Shown piece after piece: positions 25,423 through 32,000 of a stretch of DNA of 32,000 bases (the first letter of the stretch is position 1; each line of letters begins with the position of its first letter). Made by a program: the position numbers and the translations under genes. This DNA is from Alkanindiges illinoisensis DSM 15370. GTDB lineage: Bacteria > Pseudomonadota > Gammaproteobacteria > Pseudomonadales > Moraxellaceae. Location of the stretch: positions 910,064-942,063 of the forward strand of contig NZ_JHUX01000003.1 of assembly GCF_000619845.1 (NCBI RefSeq), written 5' to 3'. The notes under the pieces are model-generated. The model had not been told where the DNA came from. It saw only the letters and a program-made list of their open reading frames with translations, and did no database searches.

Positions 25423-26613
25423 ATGAGTTTACCGCGCTTACGCATCAAGAAACGTGAACAGCAACGCTTGCGTGATGGTCATTTGTGGGTGTATTCCAAT
25501 GAAGTAGAGACACAAGTTACACCGCTTAAAGCCATTTCTGGCAATCTGGTGCATCTGGAAGACTATCGCGGTCAGTTTATTGCGACTGCCAGCTTTAATG
25601 CACAGTCCCTAATTTGCGCGCGTATTGTTAGCCTTGATGAAGTGACAGTGCTGGATCAGGCTTTTTTTCGCCAGAAAATTCAGGCAGCACTAGCTTTGCG
25701 TGAAACCATTTTTCAGCAGCCTTATTATCGACTGGTCTTTGGTGAAGGTGATTTTCTACCCGGTGTGGTAATTGATCGTTTTAATGACATTCTCGTTGTA
25801 CAAATTAGCACGCAAGCCATTGAACAAGCCAAACCTGAACTGATTGCAGCTTTACAGGAAATCTTTGGCCAAGATTGCAGAATCCTGTTTAAAAATGATG
25901 GCAAAGGTCGCCATATCGAGCAACTGCCCGAATATACCGAGCATGTTGGCGCATCTTTTGATGACATTGAATTGATTGAAAATGGCGTACAGTTTAAGGC
26001 ACCTGTAGACGGCCAGAAAACGGGCTGGTTCTTTGACCACCGTGATGGCCGCCAGTGGCTTAATACCTGTGTTGCTGGTAAGTCTGTGCTGGATGTATTT
26101 AGCTATATTGGAGGCTGGGGCATTCAGGCAGCAAAACATGGTGCCTCAACAGTGACCTGTGTAGATGCCTCGCAAAAAGCCATCGACCAGATTGGCATTA
26201 ATGCCCAGCTTAATGAGCTGAATAATGTACAAACCATTTGTGCCGATGCTTTTGACTATCTCAAAACCGAGCTTAAGGCACAAGACAACACCACCTATGA
26301 CGTGATTGTGCTTGATCCACCTGCCTTGATTCAAAAGCGCCGTGACTTTGACCAGGGCCGTCAGGCTTATTTTGTGCTCAATGAACACGCACTCAAACGT
26401 ATTAATGACGGTGGTATTTTCATTTCTGCCTCCTGCTCTCTGCATATGACTAGCGATGAATTGCTTAAAATTGTTCAGCAAGTCGCTAGACGGCAAAACA
26501 AGCAGGTGCAACTGATTCATCAGGCGCGCCCTGCAGCGGATCACCCTCGCCTGCTTTCCATGCCGGAAGCAGATTATTTAAAATGCTTTATGTTTAAAGT
26601 CACATCAATTTAG
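25423..26613 (+). CDS. rlmI: 23S rRNA m5C1962 methyltransferase RlmI-type (PUA + class I SAM MTase)
   Basis: The N-terminal RLRDGHLWVYSNEV matches the RlmI HPWVFSGA region. YRLVFGEGDFLPGVVIDRF, QKTGWFFDHRD, VLDVFSYIGGWG, DVIVLDPPA, FISASCS and ADHP are colinear by eye with E. coli RlmI. Confidence 0.85.
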   Translation: MSLPRLRIKKREQQRLRDGHLWVYSNEVETQVTPLKAISGNLVHLEDYRGQFIATASFNAQSLICARIVSLDEVTVLDQAFFRQKIQAALALRETIFQQPYYRLVFGEGDFLPGVVIDRFNDILVVQISTQAIEQAKPELIAALQEIFGQDCRILFKNDGKGRHIEQLPEYTEHVGASFDDIELIENGVQFKAPVDGQKTGWFFDHRDGRQWLNTCVAGKSVLDVFSYIGGWGIQAAKHGASTVTCVDASQKAIDQIGINAQLNELNNVQTICADAFDYLKTELKAQDNTTYDVIVLDPPALIQKRRDFDQGRQAYFVLNEHALKRINDGGIFISASCSLHMTSDELLKIVQQVARRQNKQVQLIHQARPAADHPRLLSMPEADYLKCFMFKVTSI

Positions 26614-26781
26614 TATTGTTCTTTCATCAGGATTTATCTGCTCATTTGCTTTTGTCAATCTAGCCAGCGGCGTTCAATGTAGCTTGGCGTTCGGCTTAAA
26701 CAGCTTGGATAGCTCTAAATTTTGGATAACTTTAAATTATTGCGATTTGCCGCTTAATTTTTTTATATATTGGGGATAGCT

Positions 26782-27675
26782 ATGCGTTGGTTACAGGTTC
26801 GTGCCACGGTTACCAAGGATCAGGTTCAACTGGCAGAAACGCTGCTGGAATCGCTCGGTGCAGTGAGCGTTATTCTGGATGATGCACAGGATCAGGCCCT
26901 GCTTGAACCATTGCCGGGTGAAATGCCGCTATGGGATCAGGTTGTTGTGACTGGCCTGTTTTATGAAGATTCTGACGTTGAACAACTGGAAGATTTTTTG
27001 TCCACTCAGTTACCCGGTGCCAATGTTCACCACGACTATCTGGAAGAACAGGTCTGGGAGCGCGCCTGGATGGATCATTATGAACCAATTCAGTGTGGTG
27101 ACCGGCTATGGATTGTCCCAGAATGGTTAAGCCCGCCAGATGATAATGCCATTAACCTGATGCTTGATCCGGGATTGGCCTTTGGCACTGGGAATCACGC
27201 CAGTACTTTTTTGTGCCTGCAATGGCTGGATCAGCAGGATTTGAAAGACAAAGTTGTGATTGATTATGGCTGTGGCTCCGGCATTCTGGGCATTGCTGCC
27301 TTGTTGCTAGGTGCAAAGCAGGTTTATGCAGTTGATCTTGATCCACAAGCCGTTTTATCCACCCAGCAAAATGCCGAATTAAACAAGGTTGAAGATAAAA
27401 TCTGGGCAGGATTGCCTGAAGAATTTGAGCAACAGTTCCCGAATTTACAAGCCGATGTGATTGTTGCCAATATTCTGGCTGGCCCACTTATGCATCTGGC
27501 ACCAACCTTTGCAACATTAGCTAAACCACAGGCTCTTATTGCAATGGCTGGTATTATCGAAGAACAGGTTGAAGACTTAAGACAAAGCTATGCAAAATGG
27601 TTTAATTTGCATACACTTGGTCAGAGAGAAGAAAACTGGTGTCGTTTATCTGGGGAAAGATTGGCATCTGTATAA
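26782..27675 (+). CDS. prmA: Ribosomal protein L11 methyltransferase PrmA
   Basis: MRWLQVR.., [74 protein letters not shown] and VANILAGPL are colinear by eye with E. coli PrmA. The ATG at 26782 is preferred over the TTG at 26770. Confidence 0.93.
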   Translation: MRWLQVRATVTKDQVQLAETLLESLGAVSVILDDAQDQALLEPLPGEMPLWDQVVVTGLFYEDSDVEQLEDFLSTQLPGANVHHDYLEEQVWERAWMDHYEPIQCGDRLWIVPEWLSPPDDNAINLMLDPGLAFGTGNHASTFLCLQWLDQQDLKDKVVIDYGCGSGILGIAALLLGAKQVYAVDLDPQAVLSTQQNAELNKVEDKIWAGLPEEFEQQFPNLQADVIVANILAGPLMHLAPTFATLAKPQALIAMAGIIEEQVEDLRQSYAKWFNLHTLGQREENWCRLSGERLASV

Positions 27676-27712
27676 ACTATAATTTTAATGACAGACATGG
27701 AGTTGGGTACAA

Positions 27713-29152
27713 ATGACAGTCAAGCAGACACGCTGTCCATTTTGTCATAGTGCATTTTACATTACAGCCTTGCAATTAAATGCTTATCGCGGCCAGGCTC
27801 GCTGTGGTCAGTGCCATCAGATTTTTGATGCAACGGCCAATATGGTACTACCCAATAATCCGGTAAAGCCTTTGCAGTATGGTGCTGAAACCGCCAGTGA
27901 TGTGACGCCGCCAACTCCTTTCATTCTTCCTACCACCAGTGAAACACCAAACCTCGCTGTGCCTGCTGAACAGCCCGAGCAGGTTACCCGTGCAATAAGT
28001 AGCTATGCTGTACCAACCCAGCCTGCACATGCCGGACGCATTGGCAATATTGAATCTTCCACGCAGCCAGCGCCGCAACATATTTTTCCTGAGCAGGCTG
28101 CTTCGGAATCTGATTTAGTATTTGCCGATATTGCCCAGCTACCCCCTGAAGCAGGTATGCCTGAGAAACTTCCTGTTAACCCGCAGGTAGCTCCCGTAGC
28201 GGAAGAACAGCTCCTGTTTTCAGATGATGCCGGCTTATTTGAGGATGATGAATTACCGATGCCTGACAATAAGCAAAACTCGCCTTTTCTAGGTGATAGT
28301 TTTAACCAGCAGTTTTTGGATGATACTTTTGAAGATATTGATGTGTTAAAGCAGCAGGAACTCAGTGATGTGGAAAAACTGCATGCTGGGGCTGATGACA
28401 GCTGGATCAATGATTTGCTGGAAGAAGACAAAAAACCAGTAGTGAATATTGAGTCCGAACTAAAGCCAATTGTGGTTACCCCTGCGCCACCAGCCTATAC
28501 ACCCTTGCCTGAAAATGTACTACAGCGGCTACCGGTTGATCATGATGAAGACTTACTTAGCTTTTTAAACCGGACTGGCGCAGTCACCATGCCAAGTACT
28601 ACCCCGAAAGCAGGGGTCAGTAATACAACTGCTCCCAGACCAGCCAGTCACCGGATCTTAAGACCCACTACCGTAAAATATAATCCATTTTATTTTATTG
28701 GCTGGGGCCTAATGTCCTTACTGATGGTAGCTCTGCTGATTGGCCAGTATATTTACTTTAACTTTGAACATATGGCCATGGACCCCAAGACCTCAGGTTA
28801 TATCTCCAGACTATGTAGCATCACTGGCTGCCAGATTCCCTACATGAATGCAGATGAACTGCATATCAAAAAGGTCAAGCTAATCCCTAATAACCGCTTG
28901 GGCGAAACTACCTTTCGTGCACAGCTTAGCAATAGTGCCAGTTTAAGCCAGCCATTTCCTGCGTTGCGTCTAAGCTTCAAGCGTGATAGCAAAACCGTTG
29001 CCAGCCAGATTATCCAGCCACGTCAATACTTGCCGGATAACCTAAAAACCCTGACTCGCCTGGCTACTAAAACACCCTATCCGGTTGAGTTCACCATCAA
29101 AACCCGTCGTGCAGACATCCAAAGCTTTAGCCTCGAGCCGCAATACCACTAA
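27713..29152 (+). CDS. Zinc-ribbon (MJ0042-type) / DUF3426-like membrane protein
   Basis: N-terminal CPFC..x..CGQC zinc ribbon (TRCPFCHSAFYITALQLNAYRGQARCGQCHQIFDA), a long acidic/Pro-rich disordered middle, one TM helix (FYFIGWGLMSLLMVALLIGQYIYF) and a C-terminal beta-rich domain. It sits 37 nt after prmA, the position this family occupies in the pseudomonad prmA-...-fis-purH region. Confidence 0.7.
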   Translation: MTVKQTRCPFCHSAFYITALQLNAYRGQARCGQCHQIFDATANMVLPNNPVKPLQYGAETASDVTPPTPFILPTTSETPNLAVPAEQPEQVTRAISSYAVPTQPAHAGRIGNIESSTQPAPQHIFPEQAASESDLVFADIAQLPPEAGMPEKLPVNPQVAPVAEEQLLFSDDAGLFEDDELPMPDNKQNSPFLGDSFNQQFLDDTFEDIDVLKQQELSDVEKLHAGADDSWINDLLEEDKKPVVNIESELKPIVVTPAPPAYTPLPENVLQRLPVDHDEDLLSFLNRTGAVTMPSTTPKAGVSNTTAPRPASHRILRPTTVKYNPFYFIGWGLMSLLMVALLIGQYIYFNFEHMAMDPKTSGYISRLCSITGCQIPYMNADELHIKKVKLIPNNRLGETTFRAQLSNSASLSQPFPALRLSFKRDSKTVASQIIQPRQYLPDNLKTLTRLATKTPYPVEFTIKTRRADIQSFSLEPQYH

Positions 29153-29597
29153 TTGCAAGGCTTGAGTGCTATAGCACTGCCATAATTTGGCAGTAAAAAT
29201 CAAGCGATTTATTTTGGATAAAAAACGCGCAAGGGCTGCCGTAAGCTTTGACATGGTGTTATTATAGCGCCGCACTGTGGCAGTGCTCTTTCGCAAATAG
29301 CGTATTGTATTTTGCAAATTTTTAAGCGTTTAGTCTGACGTATTTTCCTGCTTAACCTTAAGCGGGCAATACAATATTTTTTTGTTGTTTTTGGCTGATT
29401 AACATTTAACCAACTTAACTTTGGTTTTGTTGCTTGTTTTTTATTCGCCATCACCTTAAAAATATCATTTTTACGCTTAAAACTGTTGGCAAACCTGCTT
29501 GCTCGCTACCTGTGTTAAAGCATTTTCACGCTGATGAATTTTTAACCTGCACAGTTTTACTGTTGCACCGTGTGGTTTCGTTTTTGGATTTTTAACC

Positions 29598-29867
29598 ATG
29601 AATAGCAAGTCCCCTATTTTTACTGCTCAGTCTGATGTGGCATTACGTATCCATGTTGATCGTGCAGTACGTCATTATTTTGCACAATTGCAAGGCGAAC
29701 AGCCTTCTCAAGTGTACGACATGGTCTTGGCTGAAATGGAAAAACCGCTTCTTTCTGTCGTGTTGGAATACACCCGTGGTAATCAAACCCGTGCTGCTGA
29801 AATTCTGGGCCTAAACCGCGGTACTTTGCGCAAAAAGCTTAAAACTCATGGTTTGATGAGCGAATAA
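29598..29867 (+). CDS. fis: Nucleoid-associated DNA-binding protein Fis
   Basis: ..[47 protein letters not shown] matches the Fis C-terminal HTH almost residue for residue. The position upstream of purH is conserved. Confidence 0.95.
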   Translation: MNSKSPIFTAQSDVALRIHVDRAVRHYFAQLQGEQPSQVYDMVLAEMEKPLLSVVLEYTRGNQTRAAEILGLNRGTLRKKLKTHGLMSE

Positions 29868-29885
29868 GCCCTGATATGAACAAGT

Positions 29886-29916
29886 GCCTGTGACTCCTTC
29901 ACAGGCATTTTTCTTT
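29886..29916 (+). terminator. fis rho-independent terminator
   Basis: GCCTGTGA-CTCCT-TCACAGGC followed by ATTTTTCTTT, 19 nt after the fis stop. Confidence 0.8.
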
Positions 29917-30021
29917 AGGTTTTACTTTTAAATGGCTGTGCTTATCTAGCGATATTCAAGTTATCGCTTTTAAGTCACTGCTTTAAAGCTTTTTCTTCAA
30001 CCTTTTGAATTTTGACGAAAT

Positions 30022-31599
30022 ATGACTGTCTCACGCGCTTTAATTTCTGTATCCGATAAAACCGGTATTGTTGAATTTGCCAGAAAGCTTAATGAGCTTG
30101 GCATTGAGCTGCTGTCTACGGGTGGCACTTATAAACTATTAAAGGAAAATAATATTCCTGTGGTTGAAGTTTCTGAACACACAGGTTTCCCGGAAATGAT
30201 GGATGGCCGGGTTAAAACCCTGCACCCCAAAATTCATGGGGGTATTTTAGCGCGTCGAGGGCTGGATGAAGCCGTCATGCAGGAACATGGCATTGCGCCC
30301 ATTGATCTGGTTATTGTTAACCTGTATCCCTTTGCACAGACCGTAGCAAAACCGGGCTGCTCACTTGAAGATGCAATCGAGAACATTGATATTGGCGGCC
30401 CAACCATGGTGCGTGCAGCAGCCAAAAACCACGCATCTGTAGGTATTGTGGTTAATGCCAGTGATTACAGCACTGTAGTTAGCGAGCTACAAGCCAGTAA
30501 AACCCTGTCGCATGCTACCCGTTTTGACCTGGCGGTAAAAGCATTTGAACATACTGCCCAATATGATGGCATGATCGCCCAGTATCTTGGTGCACGCGTT
30601 AACAAGCAGGCCGATGAAGCTGCTGATCGCTATGCCCGTACCTTTAACCTGCAACTGGTTAAGGCGCAAGATCTGCGCTATGGTGAAAATCCGCATCAAA
30701 CCGCTGCTTTCTATGTGGAAAGTACTGCCAAAGAGGCTTCTGTTTCTACTGCCAAGCAATTGCAGGGCAAAGAGCTGTCGTATAACAATATTGCTGACAC
30801 TGATGCCGCGCTGGAATGTGTTAAATCATTTGCCAAGCCAGCCTGTGTGATCGTTAAGCATGCCAATCCGTGTGGCGTGGCAGTATCACTGGATGGTATT
30901 CAGACAGCATATGATCTGGCCTATGCCACTGATCCTGAATCTGCATTTGGCGGGATCATTGCCTTTAACCGCATGCTGGATAAAGCAACTGCCAAAGCCA
31001 TTATTGATCGCCAGTTTGTTGAAGTGATTATTGCTCCAGCCATTGAAGACGGTGTGCTGGAAATTACCGCAGCCAAGCAAAACGTACGTGTGCTGGTGTG
31101 TGGCGAATTACCTGCACTTGAACAGCGTGCCAGCCAGTTGGACTTTAAACGTGTGACTGGTGGCTTGCTGGTACAGGATCAGGATTTGGCTATTATTAGT
31201 GAAGCTGACTTAAAGGTTGTGACCAAGCGCGCACCGACCGAAGCTGAAATCCATGACCTGATTTTTGCCTGGAAAGTTGCCAAGTACGTGAAGTCCAATG
31301 CCATTGTGTATGCCAAAGGGCGTCAAACTATTGGTATTGGTGCAGGTCAGATGAGCCGTGTTAACTCTGCCCGTATTGCTGCCATTAAAGCCGAACATGC
31401 TGGTTTAAATGTTCAGGGCGCAGTTATGGCATCTGATGCATTTTTCCCGTTCCGTGATGGCATCGATAATGCAGCAGCCGTAGGAATTTCCTGCATTATC
31501 CAACCGGGTGGTTCAATGCGTGATTCTGAAACCATTGCAGCAGCTGATGAGCATGGCATTGCCATGGTATTTACCGGCGTGCGCCATTTCCGTCATTAA
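30022..31599 (+). CDS. purH: Bifunctional AICAR transformylase / IMP cyclohydrolase PurH
   Basis: [105 protein letters not shown] covers the full-length PurH signature. Confidence 0.97.
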   Translation: MTVSRALISVSDKTGIVEFARKLNELGIELLSTGGTYKLLKENNIPVVEVSEHTGFPEMMDGRVKTLHPKIHGGILARRGLDEAVMQEHGIAPIDLVIVNLYPFAQTVAKPGCSLEDAIENIDIGGPTMVRAAAKNHASVGIVVNASDYSTVVSELQASKTLSHATRFDLAVKAFEHTAQYDGMIAQYLGARVNKQADEAADRYARTFNLQLVKAQDLRYGENPHQTAAFYVESTAKEASVSTAKQLQGKELSYNNIADTDAALECVKSFAKPACVIVKHANPCGVAVSLDGIQTAYDLAYATDPESAFGGIIAFNRMLDKATAKAIIDRQFVEVIIAPAIEDGVLEITAAKQNVRVLVCGELPALEQRASQLDFKRVTGGLLVQDQDLAIISEADLKVVTKRAPTEAEIHDLIFAWKVAKYVKSNAIVYAKGRQTIGIGAGQMSRVNSARIAAIKAEHAGLNVQGAVMASDAFFPFRDGIDNAAAVGISCIIQPGGSMRDSETIAAADEHGIAMVFTGVRHFRH

Positions 31600-31757
31600 T
31601 TTATAGTCAATCATATTTAAAATCCCTTAACTCCCCCCTCTCAAGGGGGACTTGCCATAAATTCTATGATTTTATTAGAATTTTGATGCTTCTCCCTTTT
31701 TAAAGAGAGTGTAGCGTTGATACAGCAGGAAGGGATTTAAAGTTAAGGATAAATAAA

Positions 31758-32000
31758 GTGAATATTCTGATTTTAGGCGGTGGTGGACGTGAACATGCTC
31801 TGGCATGGAAATGTGCGCAGGATGAGCGTGTTAGCAAGATTTTTATTGCGCCGGGCAATGCTGGAACCGCATTTGAAAATAAATGCAAAAACGTAGATTT
31901 AAATATTCTGGATAATGCGGCTATTGTTGAGTTTGCTAAAACCAGCAAGGTTGATCTGATTATTGTTGGCCCGGAAGCGCCACTAGTCAATGGCGTGGTA
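31758..32000 (+). CDS. purD: Phosphoribosylamine-glycine ligase PurD, N-terminal part (3' end outside the window)
   Basis: A GTG start at 31758 follows SD AAGGA. The translation (V)NILILGGGGREHALAWKCAQDERVSKIFIAPGNAGTA...DLIIVGPEAPLVNGVV is the canonical PurD N-terminus, open to the window end. The track's 31700..31990(-) ORF is its shadow. Confidence 0.9.
   Translation, partial: MNILILGGGGREHALAWKCAQDERVSKIFIAPGNAGTAFENKCKNVDLNILDNAAIVEFAKTSKVDLIIVGPEAPLVNGVV

Noticed and set aside
29042-29454. Minus-strand ORFs of 91 aa and 81 aa in the DUF3426-fis spacer.
   Set aside because: They have basic, low-complexity translations, no SD, overlap each other and the end of the upstream gene, and have AT-rich T-tract DNA typical of regulatory spacers. 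I could not exclude a small protein, but nothing supports one.
24507-31738. Recurrence of the arm pair AAATCCCTT / AAGGGATTT: the gcvH terminator (24507-24531), and flanking about 100 nt of the purH-purD spacer at 31620-31628 and 31730-31738. This suggested a shared REP- or MITE-like element.
   Set aside because: Only 9-10 nt are shared, and by rough expectation hundreds of 10-mer coincidences occur by chance within 32 kb. The sequences between and around the arms are unrelated.
31700-31990. 96-aa minus-strand ORF at the window end.
   Set aside because: It is antisense to an unmistakable PurD N-terminus (NILILGGGGREHALAWK..) on the + strand, so it is a shadow ORF.

Overview
Chromosomal, mostly housekeeping window from a gammaproteobacterium. 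It is probably Moraxellaceae/Acinetobacter-like, because hfq encodes the long Gly-rich (G)GFGGQ tail known from that group and sits in a tsaE-mutL-miaA-hfq block. I call 32 CDSs: lptD (partial), surA, hfq, miaA, mutL, tsaE, an SMR exporter, three pseudouridine-synthase or tRNA/rRNA-modification genes, acnB, a GspE/PilB-family ATPase, trmO, fpr, metR, an AraC regulator, gcvH, rlmI, prmA, a DUF3426 zinc-ribbon protein, fis, purH and purD (partial). I saw no tRNA, rRNA, CRISPR array, transposase or integrase. The clearest accessory segment lies between rsuA and acnB (about 9.8-11.8 kb). It holds a Phd/YefM-PIN toxin-antitoxin pair whose promoter is built from a 9-bp tandem repeat. Convergent on that pair is a very low-GC, translationally coupled two-gene cassette: a 237-aa protein with a uracil-DNA-glycosylase-like motif order, plus an unrecognisable 117-aa partner. 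This cassette is my best candidate for an uncharacterised defence or DNA-surveillance module. Other points worth a second look are an 11x CACGCAA heptamer array upstream of metR, an orphan DinJ/RelB-like antitoxin with an acidic tail, a bacterial RRM protein, an orphan secretion ATPase, a lipoprotein with a ~185-aa low-complexity linker, and fis with a 445-nt gene-free leader. All functional calls rest on reading the translations and motifs by eye; no database search was run.
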